Origin: Candidatus Poribacteria bacterium | GTDB taxonomy: Bacteria > Poribacteria > WGA-4E > WGA-3G | Reading direction: 5' to 3' | NCBI GenBank assembly: GCA_964291315.2 | Contig: OZ219753.1 | Location: 1,024,001-1,088,000 of the forward strand | DNA length: 64,000 nucleotides | In this document: positions 20,605 through 31,986 of the stretch, one piece after another | Layout: the number at the start of each line of letters is the position of its first letter | How positions within the stretch are numbered: the first letter of the stretch is position 1 | The notes under the pieces: generated by a model | Database searches by the model: none | What the model was told of the DNA's origin: nothing | The model's input: only the letters and a program-made list of their open reading frames with translations | Made by a program: the position numbers and the translations under genes

Positions 20605-22932
20605 TTAGAATCGGTTGTCTAGACTTAAGCTCACGTTGAAACCTGGTGAATTTATACCTGAACCGTGTTGCCGGTACCGTTTATCAAGTAGATTATCGAG
20701 CGATAGTGTCAAACGTGTATAATCAAAAATCTTGATTCCACTGCGAATGTTGAGTGTCCACCATCCTGGGGTTCCGGCATCTGTAGCGTTTCCGTTGGAG
20801 TCAAAGTTAACTGTTGCTGGGTCGCGCGTAGTTCCCTGTATGCGCGGGTCTCGGATATCGCTTCTGTTTAAACGTCTCTGTTCAGCTGCTGCCCGCACGA
20901 AAAAGACTGCCCAGTAAGGCGTGTTTAAAGGATCCCATTGGATTCCAAGGATGCCGTTGAATGGGGGTTCTCTACGGATTCGTGCTTCCCATGGCTTACT
21001 CGGATCTGGTGCTTCTCCTGCAACCTTGAGAATTTCGCCCTGTAGCAATGCGGCATTGCCAAAGGCCGAAAAACCGGATTGGATTGGAATAATGCCTGCT
21101 AATTCGAACCCTAGAAGCTGGGCTTGATCGATATTATCAAAGACGAGTACGTCAATATCGTCGTACTGTCTGATTAGGTCTTGATGGAGTTGCGGTATCT
21201 CTTGATCTTCGTATGCTTGTTGAACAGGTTTGCGTCCCACTAAGCCGTTCACCTGGCTGTAGAACAGCGTTAAGGTGCCGCTGAAGTAGGAATGCTGTGC
21301 CTTAAAACCGGCTTCAACTGTCCACGAAGTTTCTGGTTTCAGGTCGGGGCTCGGTGCGGTGACTCCTTCGTTTGTAACTTCTACTGCGGTTGTGTCATTT
21401 AGAGAGGGTGCGCGAAAAGCGGTTCCAAAGGTGCTGACGAAGTTCAGGTATTCCGTTAAACCGACGACGACTCCGGCGCTTCCTGTGAAGCTGTTGTCGA
21501 ATACATTGAACTCGTCAAAGGCTGGATCTCGGGCAGAAAGGTCTGCATGGGTTTGATAAACCGTAGCGCGGCCGCCGAGTATGAGTTCAATGCGGTCATG
21601 TATTGTAATTTCATCTTGAAGGTACACACTTGCGTCCCAGAACTGAGAGCCGCTAATAAATCGCCCCTTGCTTTCATCAATATTTTGTATGCCTTTATCG
21701 GTTTTGACGGTATGCCCCTGTATTGTATCGAAATAGAATTCGGCTCCCGCAATCAAACGTTGCCGGGGAAGGATGGAGCTGGCAGCTTGTGCTGTTAAGC
21801 CTATGGTGTTAACAGTATCATGTCGCTGTCGTCGGGCTGTTGCTCCTCGTATCACCTCGTTTCGTCCCTCTTTTTGGCGGTGATAAGAGGCTGTTACTCG
21901 GATGGTGTCAAGGTTCGCTGGTCGGGGGTTAACTATATAATTGGCATAAAGGAGGTCCCGGTTTTGAGGTTCAAAGAAGAATTCTGCAAACTCTTGTGGT
22001 GCGATTTTATCGTACCGCGGTGTTTGGGGTTGTCTCCACATTTGGTAAGCAAAGCTGATTCTGCTTGTATCGTTAATTTGATATCCGAGTTTTGCGTTAG
22101 CGTCGTAGGCTCGCCAGGCTAAGGGTCCCTCACTGTCAATAAGCCATTTGTCGGGGATGTTATCTTTTTCTATTGCGTTTACCTCATCATAGGCGTAGAG
22201 CTGCACCCCGGCGGGTATATTGTCCACTATTTCATACTTCCGATTTTTGTAGTGGAGGTTGTATCCTCTGCCTGGGTCTACGTCTCCGTAGAATCGTACG
22301 CCCCCGCTGGCAATAAATCCGAATCGGCCTTGGTTTCCTGTTACCTCCAAGCGGCTGAGCCGTTCTTGTGTAGCGGTTGAATAGCGGGCCAGGAGTCTGG
22401 GTTGTATGGCCCAGGTTTTTTGTGATAGATCAATCGGCATGTCTTTCGTAAAGAAACTGACAACGCCGCCCATTGCCCCGCTTCCATACAGCGTGGAACT
22501 TGAACCGAGCAGCACTTCTGCGCGATCTAATATTTCTGGGGCGATGGTTGCTGTGTATTGATTTGGTCCCGAACGAAATGTTGAATTATTGAGGCGGACC
22601 CAATCAACTTGTATTAGGCTTTGGTAACCGGTTAAGCTCCGGAGCATGGGTGAACCTTGTCCGACTGTTGTCTCTTGTGCGATTACGCCGACGGAGTCAC
22701 GGAGTAGGTTGGATGCGTGTTCTGCGTTGCTTCGTTCTAATTGACTTAAGTTAAGGACACTAACAGAATTAGGTGTATCGAATAGTTCTTTCTTAGCCCG
22801 GGTGGCTGTAACGTTTATCTTCTCCAGTGTGACAATTTCATCGTCTCTCCTGTTTTCTGCAGCCGCCCATGGGGTCCAATTCATCAACAGGCTTAAATTT
22901 ATTGTAAAAAAAATATAAAACAATTTTTTCAT
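20605..22932 (-). CDS. TonB-dependent outer-membrane receptor
   Basis: Signal peptide, VTATR TonB-box region, LYGSGAMGGVV plug, NLLDKRY and terminal Phe. Confidence 0.9.
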   Translation of the reverse strand: MKKLFYIFFTINLSLLMNWTPWAAAENRRDDEIVTLEKINVTATRAKKELFDTPNSVSVLNLSQLERSNAEHASNLLRDSVGVIAQETTVGQGSPMLRSLTGYQSLIQVDWVRLNNSTFRSGPNQYTATIAPEILDRAEVLLGSSSTLYGSGAMGGVVSFFTKDMPIDLSQKTWAIQPRLLARYSTATQERLSRLEVTGNQGRFGFIASGGVRFYGDVDPGRGYNLHYKNRKYEIVDNIPAGVQLYAYDEVNAIEKDNIPDKWLIDSEGPLAWRAYDANAKLGYQINDTSRISFAYQMWRQPQTPRYDKIAPQEFAEFFFEPQNRDLLYANYIVNPRPANLDTIRVTASYHRQKEGRNEVIRGATARRQRHDTVNTIGLTAQAASSILPRQRLIAGAEFYFDTIQGHTVKTDKGIQNIDESKGRFISGSQFWDASVYLQDEITIHDRIELILGGRATVYQTHADLSARDPAFDEFNVFDNSFTGSAGVVVGLTEYLNFVSTFGTAFRAPSLNDTTAVEVTNEGVTAPSPDLKPETSWTVEAGFKAQHSYFSGTLTLFYSQVNGLVGRKPVQQAYEDQEIPQLHQDLIRQYDDIDVLVFDNIDQAQLLGFELAGIIPIQSGFSAFGNAALLQGEILKVAGEAPDPSKPWEARIRREPPFNGILGIQWDPLNTPYWAVFFVRAAAEQRRLNRSDIRDPRIQGTTRDPATVNFDSNGNATDAGTPGWWTLNIRSGIKIFDYTRLTLSLDNLLDKRYRQHGSGINSPGFNVSLSLDNRF

Positions 22933-22974
22933 CGCAAATTTCTCCTTTCTTCATGAGCTTTAGCTAAGGGTTAT

Positions 22975-22990
22975 AGCAAATCGCGTGCCA
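22975..22990 (-). promoter_or_regulatory. sigma-54 (-24/-12) promoter of the TonB-dependent receptor
   Basis: Minus strand TGGCACGCGATTTGCT matches TGGCACG-N4-TTGCW, 42 nt upstream of the ATG. Confidence 0.8.
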
Positions 22991-23203
22991 TTGACGCGTT
23001 TTGGCTAAACTAGGGCGATTTAGATAGATTTTCGCCATAATCTGTTCAGGGCTGTTCATTTTTTGAACGTTTTACGATTCATTGTTGGGTATCGCGAGTG
23101 CACCTGATCGTAATAAAATTAAGGCTTGCGTTTTTATCAGTGATCTGATAGTCTATAGATCAAGGTTTAAGTTATAGGAGCGATAATAGATTCAGGAGCG
23201 CTT

Positions 23204-24205
23204 ATGCGAAAACAGAAATTAAATTTTGCCTTCATTGGATGTGGTGGTAATGCCCGTGGCCATGGACGGGTCGTGTCGAGTGTTGAGAACGTAGAAATTG
23301 TTGCGCTTGCGGATCCGAGTGCTGGTTCGCTTGATGCGTTCAAGGATCATGTTGGCTTGGCTGCCTCTGTTCCGGCCTATTCTGACCATGCTGAGATGTT
23401 AGCGGCTTCTAATCCGGACGCTGTTGTTATTAGTTCGCCGCACGGTTTGCATTTCCAACACATTATGGATTCGCTTGATGCTGGGTGCCATGTGCATACG
23501 GAAAAGCCGATGGTCTGCACGGTAGATCACGCCAAACGGGTGATAGCGAAAGTAGAGGAGACCGGCTTGCACCTGATGATAGGTTACCAGCGGCATTTGA
23601 GTCCTGCGTATCGATACTGCCGTAAAGTTGTCCAGAGTGGTGAGCTCGGACGGGTTAATTTTGTTGCTGCCCAGCAATCACAGAATTGGTATCGGAATCA
23701 ACGAGGCAAATGGCGCCAGGATCCGTTTCTCGGCGGTGGTGGTCAGTTGAACGATTCGGGAAGTCATCTCATTGACATTCTTCTTTGGGTGCTGGAGGCG
23801 AGTCCGGATATCGTTTTTGCGATGATCGACAACTTGGATATTGAGGTAGATGTTCTCACGGCAATGTCGATTAAGTTCGATACGGGTGCTTTGTGTAACA
23901 TCAGTATCGTTGGGCATGCCTACGGCGGGGTTCAAGAATCGTTTTCTATCTGGTTAGAAGAAGGTTCGCTCTATCTCCGCGATGGTCAGCTCTATCGTCA
24001 AAGACGGGAGGGTAGCTTAGAACCTGTGGATGTGTCTGAGATGCCAGCATCGGGGAACAAAGATGTTGCGTTTATTGAACTCATCCGCGGTGAGCGGACA
24101 GAAAATCCGATCGGTGTTGAGAATGGTTTGCGCGTTATCCAATTAACCGAGGCTGCGTGGCAATCCGCTGCGTTGGGTAGATCCGTCAAAGTTGATCTGA
24201 ATTGA
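23204..24205 (+). CDS. Gfo/Idh/MocA oxidoreductase
   Basis: IGCGGNA, EKPM and GGGQLNDSGSH. Confidence 0.85.
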   Translation: MRKQKLNFAFIGCGGNARGHGRVVSSVENVEIVALADPSAGSLDAFKDHVGLAASVPAYSDHAEMLAASNPDAVVISSPHGLHFQHIMDSLDAGCHVHTEKPMVCTVDHAKRVIAKVEETGLHLMIGYQRHLSPAYRYCRKVVQSGELGRVNFVAAQQSQNWYRNQRGKWRQDPFLGGGGQLNDSGSHLIDILLWVLEASPDIVFAMIDNLDIEVDVLTAMSIKFDTGALCNISIVGHAYGGVQESFSIWLEEGSLYLRDGQLYRQRREGSLEPVDVSEMPASGNKDVAFIELIRGERTENPIGVENGLRVIQLTEAAWQSAALGRSVKVDLN

Positions 24206-24209
24206 GCTA

Positions 24210-24986
24210 ATGCTTGATGTCCAAAACTTGTGTAAATTTTTTGACAAAAAGTCGTATCTTGCGGAGCTCACGTTCCGAGTGGCGCCTGGGGAGTGCCTTA
24301 TCCTGCTGGGTAGAAATGGGGCGGGGAAGACGCTCTTGCTCAACATTTTAGCAACTTTGGTTGAACCGACCTCGGGCGGTGTTTCTATTTCTGGCGTTGA
24401 CGCGTTTGCAAATTTGAAACAGGTGCGTCCGTCTATCGGTTATATTCCTGTCATGTTTGAGGGGTATCCTGATCTATCAGTAGAGGCGTATCTGAATTTT
24501 TTCGCTGCTGCATATAGATTAAACAGGCGTGAGCGTGGTCCCGCGATTAAGGCTGTGCTGGAACTCATGGACATCGAACACTTGGGCGATGTTAAGACGG
24601 GTATGCTATCAATAGGTGAGCGTCAGCGGCTTTTGTTCGCCAAAACTTTCCTACATGAACCCCAGTTATGGTTGCTGGATGAGCCCCTCAGTGCTCTTGA
24701 TCCGAGCGGTCAGGCTGAAATGGTTGAGCTGCTTGGTGAGCTGCGAGCCATGGGGAAAACGGTAGTGATTGCTACTAACCGGCTTGAGGATGTTCCAGGC
24801 TTGTGTGGGTCTGAACTTCAAAACAGGACATTTATCGGAATTCTGAATGGTGGGCGATTTGTTGTATTTAATACGTTTCGCAAGTTGCGGGAGGAGAGCG
24901 CTGATGTTAATATTGCACAGACTGGTTCGTCCAATTGGTTGAATGCACTTTTTCTAGAGGTAACAAAAACAGAATGTCAGATATAA
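24210..24986 (+). CDS. ABC transporter ATP-binding protein (partly degenerate)
   Basis: GRNGAGKT, LSIGERQR and LLDEP; H-loop reads ATN. Confidence 0.8.
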   Translation: MLDVQNLCKFFDKKSYLAELTFRVAPGECLILLGRNGAGKTLLLNILATLVEPTSGGVSISGVDAFANLKQVRPSIGYIPVMFEGYPDLSVEAYLNFFAAAYRLNRRERGPAIKAVLELMDIEHLGDVKTGMLSIGERQRLLFAKTFLHEPQLWLLDEPLSALDPSGQAEMVELLGELRAMGKTVVIATNRLEDVPGLCGSELQNRTFIGILNGGRFVVFNTFRKLREESADVNIAQTGSSNWLNALFLEVTKTECQI

Positions 24987-25744
24987 GAAAATTTTTTCAC
25001 GAAAATGGGTACTATTTCGCCAGAGGTGTCTATTCATCCGCAGAAATTGCTGTGATGGAAAATGATTTCGATCGGGTTGTAGAGCAGCTGCTTAAAAGCG
25101 ATGAGAACGTGAATGCGCGGTGGGGTGGCAAATTGATGGATGCCCTTGATGGGGGTGAATCTGTTATCATCCATACGCATAATATTCAGAGTTTTTCTGC
25201 GGTTTGGATGCAGGCGTTCATGCAGGAGAAGTTTCTTGATATTACGGAGTCCATCCTGGGAACCGATATTATTCTTCACCATTCCAAACTCTTCTGTAAG
25301 CCGCCGGAGAAAGGTGCACCTTTCCCGATGCACCAAGATTGGCAGTACTTCCCGTCCCTCAAAGACAGCATGATCGCTGCGATTATTTACGTTTCGGATG
25401 CCAGTGATGAGATGGGGTGTGTGCGTGTGTATCCGGGTTCCCACAAGTTGGGGCGTACCGACGGTATGATGGGAGGCGGTATTAATGCTGAAGTTACAGA
25501 GCGATATCCGCTTGAGAGGGCGACCGCTTTAGAGGCGGAACCGGGCGATGTGCTTTTCTTTAGTTATTTTACCCTGCATGGTTCAATGCCGAACCGTTCG
25601 GATCAGACCCGCAAGAGTGTTCTCGTTCAGATGCATGCGGGTAACGATGAGATTGAACCCGAAAACCGCCATACCAATGTCCGATTGGTTCTCCGTGGTT
25701 GGAATCACCTTGCAACCCGTTCTGCTGTCGGGGGGATGAGATAA
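24974..25744 (+). CDS. Phytanoyl-CoA dioxygenase (PhyH) family protein
   Basis: HQD...PGSHK...LHGSMPNRS motifs. Confidence 0.85.
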   Translation: MSDIRKFFHENGYYFARGVYSSAEIAVMENDFDRVVEQLLKSDENVNARWGGKLMDALDGGESVIIHTHNIQSFSAVWMQAFMQEKFLDITESILGTDIILHHSKLFCKPPEKGAPFPMHQDWQYFPSLKDSMIAAIIYVSDASDEMGCVRVYPGSHKLGRTDGMMGGGINAEVTERYPLERATALEAEPGDVLFFSYFTLHGSMPNRSDQTRKSVLVQMHAGNDEIEPENRHTNVRLVLRGWNHLATRSAVGGMR

Positions 25745-25921
25745 TTCTGAAGGGGCTTCTTAACAGCGTCCCATCTTACGGTTTGGGTTGCGTGTTTTTT
25801 TGTACTGTTCTGAAAACAGATGTGAGACGCGCTGTAAAGTGTGTTATATACTCTTATAGCGCTGTTTCTACTTTAGTTGTTGTGAGTATGACTAACAAAT
25901 GTTGCTGAGAAGGAGGATTCG

Positions 25922-26917
25922 ATGATTAAAGTCGCAAAGATTAGCATGGCACATGTTCACGCCGGGGGTTATGCTCGAAAGATTAACGAGAACCCTGAAA
26001 CCGAGCTCGTTGCTGTTTGGGATGAAGAGGAATATGGGGGCAGAGCAGCGGCGGAGGAATACGGAGTTGCATTCTACAGTGACTTGGATGAGGTTCTGAG
26101 TCGTGATGATGTGGATGCGGTTGTTGTTGACGCTATCACGTCCGATCACCCGCGCGTGATGATTGCTGCGGCTGAAGCTGGAAAACATATCTTCACAGAG
26201 AAGGCGCTTGCGATTACTGTTGCGGAGTGTGATCTTATTATTGACGCTGTTGAGAAATCGGGTGTAAAGTTCATGATTTCGCTGCCTTCTCGTTGCAATT
26301 CGGAGATTCTGTTTGCCAAAAAAGCGATTGACGATGGATTGCTCGGGGACATCACGTTCGGCAGGGGGCGGATTGCGCATTCTGCCGCGTTGGATAAATG
26401 GTTCAGCGGCCCAAGTGCCTGGTTCGCTGATAGCGATCGTGCCGGTGGCGGTGCGCTTTTTGACTTGGGATGTCACCGGGTTGATGTTATCCGCTGGCTG
26501 ATGGGTGAACCGCGAAATGCGATAGCCAAGATTAACAATTTCAGTGGTAACTTTCCCATTGATGATAACAGTGTTTCAGTTGTTGAGTTTGCGAATAAGG
26601 CGCTTGGGGTGATTGATGTTGCGTGGACACATCGCTCGGGCCCGAATATGCTTGAGATTTACGGAACAGAAGGTTCGTTTGCTGCGGGGCATGGCGGGAG
26701 ACATTTTGAAACCCGTAAACTTTCTGATGAAGAAAAAGCGGAATATATTGCTAAGGCACCGGCAGCGCCGCCTGAACCGATACAACAGTGGATTAATGCG
26801 ATTCTTCGTGATGAACCGGTAACGATTACTATCCAAGATGGGCGTAATCTCACGGAGTTGATGCAAGCGTTCTATATGTCCTCTGAACAGGGTCGGTCAA
26901 TTGATTTTCCGCTTTAG
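25922..26917 (+). CDS. Gfo/Idh/MocA oxidoreductase
   Basis: HIFTEKAL and GGGALFDLGCH. Confidence 0.85.
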   Translation: MIKVAKISMAHVHAGGYARKINENPETELVAVWDEEEYGGRAAAEEYGVAFYSDLDEVLSRDDVDAVVVDAITSDHPRVMIAAAEAGKHIFTEKALAITVAECDLIIDAVEKSGVKFMISLPSRCNSEILFAKKAIDDGLLGDITFGRGRIAHSAALDKWFSGPSAWFADSDRAGGGALFDLGCHRVDVIRWLMGEPRNAIAKINNFSGNFPIDDNSVSVVEFANKALGVIDVAWTHRSGPNMLEIYGTEGSFAAGHGGRHFETRKLSDEEKAEYIAKAPAAPPEPIQQWINAILRDEPVTITIQDGRNLTELMQAFYMSSEQGRSIDFPL

Positions 26918-26951
26918 CTAACTGTTCACTCGCTAACAATTGAGGTTTATT

Positions 26952-29447
26952 ATGAGGGATTATCAACCGATTTCACTTTCTGCTTTGTGCAATGTCGGCC
27001 CAGAGATTATCGGGGAGAGAGCGACTCCGAATGTGGGGGCACGGACTCTTCACGGACTTCCTTTCGACATCGCTGAAGGGTCGCCCTGTTTCTTGGGTTT
27101 CGGTAAGGATGTTAACGCCGATCCTATCCGGGTTTCTATTAATGCCAGGCCGAGGCGGTTCATATTTGTCCATCGTTTGCTTGAAACGTATATTCCTGAG
27201 GGCGAGCCGATTGGTAGATTAATTGCGAATTATGTTTTCCATTACATTGACGGTGAAACTGTGAGTGTGCCGATTCGCGAGCGTTTCGAGATTGGTAGTG
27301 TTCCACAAGGTTGGGGGCAACAGACCTTTCTTGCTATTCCTGATTGTCAGGAAAATTTATTGCCTCGTTATGAAGGGGCGTGGGGAGCTGCGGGCAACCG
27401 GCAAACTGAGGTGAGCCAGGGCACGCCGCGCGACTACTATCTGTGGGTGTGGAAAAATTTGAGGGATGATGTTGATGTTGCGTCAATTGAAATTCAGCCG
27501 CAGGAGCGGTGTTTTATCGTTGCTGCGATCACGCTGGGTTACCTTGACGAGGATCCGATACCGCGTCGTGCGCGTCGTGAGGTCAAAATCACGCTTCTGC
27601 AGTCCGATGATGCGGGTAAACCTTTTGATATGGAAGTTAGCGTCGATCGTGGCGTTGCAACCTACCCGTATCCGTTGCCGGAGAGCACGTGCGATGCGTT
27701 TATCGAGGATAGTTTCAAAGGGTGGGGTGAATCTCAAAACACTAAGAGCAGCCCAGCGTATGTTGAAGTATCGGCTACCCCGTCTGCCACCGTTGAAGTC
27801 AAGAACCACGGTGAGACGCTCGGCAGCGTCAATTGGGGTACAGTCGAAGAAAAAGGGTCTCTTCAACCGAACAGACGCGTCAAAGTAGAGGTTATTGACT
27901 CCGGTAGAAACTGGGTGCACACTACTGTGATTGATGATGACACGAACAAGCCTGTACCGTGTCGGGTTCATTTTCGTTCTGCACACGGTGTGCCTTATGC
28001 TCCGCATGGGCACCATGCGCACGTCAACTCAAATAATGGCACATGGCATGTGGATGTGGGTGGTGATGTCCGTCTCGGACAGATTAGTTATGCATACATT
28101 GATGGCACATGCCAGGGATGGTTGCCGCGTGGGGACGTTATTGTCGATGTTGCCCGCGGGTTTGAATATACGCCGTTACGGACGACTGTTAACATAAGGC
28201 CTGGTCAACGCGATCTGACGTTGCGCATAAAGCGGTGGTGCGATATGAAAGCGGAACGTTATTTCAGCGGGGATACACATGTCCACTTTCTGTCTACTCA
28301 AGGTGCGCATACGGAGGCGCAAGGCGAGGATCTGGGTGTTGTGAATCTTCTGCTCTCACAGTGGGGGCATCTCTTCACAAATACAGAGGAATTCATTGGA
28401 GGCCCCACGGTTTCTGCTGATGGTCAAAGCATTGTGTATGCGACTCAGGAGAACCGCCAGCATGTTTTGGGGCATCTTACACTGCTGGGTTTAAAGCAGC
28501 AGGTTGCTCCGTGGTGTTCTGATGGTCCTGGGGAGGCGGAGTTGGGTGGGAATATGGAGACCACGCTTTCGCATTGGGCAGATGCTTGTCATGCACAAGG
28601 CGGTACGGTGGTGTTACCGCATATTCCGAACCCGAATTGCGAACCCGCGACGCTCATTGCCACTGGGCGTGTAGATGCTGTTGAGTATCTCACGAATGCT
28701 ATGTATGGACATACTGAGTACTACCGTTATCTCAACTGTGGCTATAAATTGCCGCTTGTTGGTGGAACGGATAAGATGAGCAGCGATGTGCCGGTAGGCG
28801 TTTATCGCACTTATGTGCATATCCCTGACAATGTGGAATTCAATTACGATAATTGGTGCAGATACATGAGTGCTGGCAACACGTTTCTGAGTGGTGGTCC
28901 GATGATCCGTCTCACAGTTGAAGGGCAGCCAATTGGTAGCACTATTAACCTGCCTGGTAACGGTGGCACAGTTGAGGTTGAAGCGTCTGCGGATTCTATT
29001 TTTCCGATCCACACGCTGCAAATTATTCAAGCGGGCGAGGTGGTTGCTTCCACTGGGGATGAGGCGGGCCAAGGGCGTTTACATCTCAAAGCGCGGTTGG
29101 AAGTGGACAAACACTCTTGGATTGCGGCGCGATGCGGTGGTCCGAACTATGCGCAAGCTGTTCCACATCACGATGGATGGGGCCGCGGTATTATTGCGCA
29201 CACTTCCCCGATCTACATCGCTGTTGGGGGCGAGTGGTGGATGTTTGATCCGGAAACGGCGAATTATATGCTGACTTTGATTGAAGGTGGCTTGTCGTAT
29301 ATTCAACAGACAGCGCGCCACTATGAACCTGGCACTGTGACACATCATCATGGGGAAGATGAGCATTTAGAATTCCTTTCGCGTCCATTCCAAGAGGCTC
29401 GTGCGGCGATTCACCGTAGGATGCACCAATTGGGTATTCCGCATTAA
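26952..29447 (+). CDS. CehA/McbA-like PHP-type metallohydrolase
   Basis: SGDTHVH, QENR, LPH, GGTD and AHTSPIY motifs. Confidence 0.7.
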   Translation: MRDYQPISLSALCNVGPEIIGERATPNVGARTLHGLPFDIAEGSPCFLGFGKDVNADPIRVSINARPRRFIFVHRLLETYIPEGEPIGRLIANYVFHYIDGETVSVPIRERFEIGSVPQGWGQQTFLAIPDCQENLLPRYEGAWGAAGNRQTEVSQGTPRDYYLWVWKNLRDDVDVASIEIQPQERCFIVAAITLGYLDEDPIPRRARREVKITLLQSDDAGKPFDMEVSVDRGVATYPYPLPESTCDAFIEDSFKGWGESQNTKSSPAYVEVSATPSATVEVKNHGETLGSVNWGTVEEKGSLQPNRRVKVEVIDSGRNWVHTTVIDDDTNKPVPCRVHFRSAHGVPYAPHGHHAHVNSNNGTWHVDVGGDVRLGQISYAYIDGTCQGWLPRGDVIVDVARGFEYTPLRTTVNIRPGQRDLTLRIKRWCDMKAERYFSGDTHVHFLSTQGAHTEAQGEDLGVVNLLLSQWGHLFTNTEEFIGGPTVSADGQSIVYATQENRQHVLGHLTLLGLKQQVAPWCSDGPGEAELGGNMETTLSHWADACHAQGGTVVLPHIPNPNCEPATLIATGRVDAVEYLTNAMYGHTEYYRYLNCGYKLPLVGGTDKMSSDVPVGVYRTYVHIPDNVEFNYDNWCRYMSAGNTFLSGGPMIRLTVEGQPIGSTINLPGNGGTVEVEASADSIFPIHTLQIIQAGEVVASTGDEAGQGRLHLKARLEVDKHSWIAARCGGPNYAQAVPHHDGWGRGIIAHTSPIYIAVGGEWWMFDPETANYMLTLIEGGLSYIQQTARHYEPGTVTHHHGEDEHLEFLSRPFQEARAAIHRRMHQLGIPH

Positions 29448-29639
29448 ATGCTACAGATTAAGTTTTATAGTGTTTATCGCTAGGCATGGCAATTATAATC
29501 TCGAAAATGTTATTACAGAGGGATTGGCTGCAAGGGCTTACCTATGTCGCTTCACACCGCCCGGGTTCAAAGGGGCTGTAGATTCGTCCTGCAGCTCAGT
29601 TGGTGTCCGCGCTGTAGGGGACGATGTCGACTTCTTTTT

Positions 29640-31986
29640 TCACACCGCCATCCCCGCCTCACGATACGTTCGTTGAATCAATGCCACCTCCGCATCTGTC
29701 AGCCCATACACCCGATACACCCACCGGTCTATCTCCCGCTCGATGTCGCGCACGTTATCGCTCTCTGGGGCTGCTAGTATCTGTTCAACGAGACATGATA
29801 CTTCTGCTTTCTGTGTATCAGTGCAATCTGCCATAGGAACCTTCTCCATATGTTGCGAAAAGAAAGACAAACCTCCGCCTGCCCACGGGTCGTTGAGACT
29901 CTGAAATTTATGGCGTGCATACCAGTCAAACAGTCTACTATTCAAAATAGCAAAGACAGAAAGATCGTTAATGGGTATGAAGTGTGTTGAGTCTAACCCG
30001 TATGCCCCAGTTGTATCATAAACTGCGTAAAGAGCCTTTGAAATCTTTGAGTACAAAATCTTCGGTTTTTCAAACTCTGCATGGTATGCGACAACGTCTT
30101 GGATCTCATACCACTTATAACTGCCCATTTTCCTCCCATATTTTTCGGCTCTACTTTTTTTCGGCTCCAAGTTTCTTCTATACTGATTCAGATGTTTCTT
30201 GACAGCCGGATACTGGTCAATCTCAACCCCGTGCCGTGTGAAGATGAGATATTGCCCTGTGCTATCCGTCCGCCACTTTCTAAGGTCTCGCCCTCTGAGC
30301 AAAGGCTTTATGAGCTCATTGCTCTTCGGATCCTCGGAGATCAGGCGCTGCCGCACAGCCGCATCGATGATAAATGCCTTGTTATATCCTGTCTTCACTC
30401 CCATATAAAAACCTTCCTTGACATATTCGCCGAGGGGTGTGCCGGTGGTTTCGAGTTTCCGCAGGAGCTGCAGTGTCTCGGGCGATGCCAAGGTCCAGCC
30501 CTCCGCTGATAAATCACGCGGCTGCAGCCGAAACGCCCGCTCCCGAAACGCCGCAGACAGCCGCAGCACATCAGACGCATCCCGAAACGTCGCCACCGAA
30601 AAAGGCGCTCCCTCTGATATAGCATTTTCAAGGATCAGGATACAGGTATCCACACTCGCTTTGAAGACAGCGACACTCCCGAAGTCAAGCAGCCGCTGAA
30701 TGCGTTGGGCATCGGAGAAAAATGCGCGCAGTTTTCTACCATACGCTGCCCGCAAAAACTTGTTTGAGGAGATATACGCCAAGATGCCGTGCCTCCGCAG
30801 CAGCTCCGTGCCGCGCTTGTAAAAATAGACGTAGAGGTCTGCGGTGCCGACATACACCTCTGGGAATAGCCGCTTGTAAGTCGGCTTCATCGCTTTGATA
30901 AGTTCTTGTCGCACATAAGGCGGGTTGCCAATCACAATGTCAAAGCCGCCCGCTTGAAAAACCTCCGGAAACTCCACCTGCCAGACAAACTCATCAGCAC
31001 TCGCTTGCCAGCCTTGAAGATCCGCTCGGAGTGCGGCGATCTCCGCTCGGAGTGCCTGTTTTTTCGCATCGACATGCGTAACGAGATAGTCCGCTTGTTT
31101 CTCTTGTATCTTTTGGATCCACGGCCTGTCAAGCGTCATCTGTTCCGGGGCTGCACCGGTCAGGCTGTCTCCCACCGCCACTTTGTAATCCAAGTTCGGC
31201 AGCGGCTGCGGCACATCGCCTTCATAGTCTACTGTGAGGCTCAGCCAGAGGCGCAACATCGCAATGTTGACAGCGAAGTCGTCTCTGTCCACGCCGTAAA
31301 GGTTCTTCCGGATAATCTCCAGCTTGCGTTCATACACCGTACGAGTATCGGTCTGATCGCTTTGGAACAGAGCATCGCGCAGGCGGAGCAGTTCGCCCAT
31401 CATCCCGAGTAGATACGCACCGCTCCCACACGCAGGATCACACACCCGTAAGTTCTGCAGCACCGCTAACACGCCCTCTGAATCGCGAATGCCCGTGGCA
31501 TCGCCACCGTCTACGAACTGTGTCAGGCACGCCGCGCTCTCCGTTGTCTGCTTCTGCAAGCAGAGCTTCAGGCTCTCCCTGCACATGAAAGAGACAACCG
31601 CACGCGGCGTGTAGTAGCTCCCACTGGCGTGCCGCCCCGTGACCAGTTCCTCAAACACCTTACCCAGCATCTCCGGGTCTACTGCAACCTCTATGTCTAG
31701 CGGCGTCGATTCGGTGATCGTGAAGTTATAACGTTCAAAGAGGTTGAGGATGTCAGCGAAGGTGTCGTTCGGCAGATCCACTGCGTGTTGTTCATCATAC
31801 GGCTGCATCTCGAAGAGTCCACCGTTGAGGAACGGCACATCGCCGCGCCGGGTGCGAGCGGCGGCATCTTCGGATCCGGACTCACCGGCGGGATTGCTGA
31901 GACCGTGGAAGAAGACGTAATAGAGCCGGTCGTTGAGCAAGCTCTCTGTGTGAGGCTCCTTGTGCTTATCAGAGATTACCCCCCCC
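29640..31986 (-). CDS. C-terminal part (gamma-class m6A MTase plus TRD) of type IIG-like protein, copy 1, in the +1 frame
   Basis: FLNGGLF, GSYYTP, DPACGSGA (motif I), GNPPY (motif IV) and TaqI-C-like TRD. Confidence 0.85.

Noticed and set aside
29551-29649. 11-bp direct repeat TTCACACCGCC near the end of cassette 1 as an att site or target duplication
   Set aside because: It is not present at the other end of the cassette or beside copy 2
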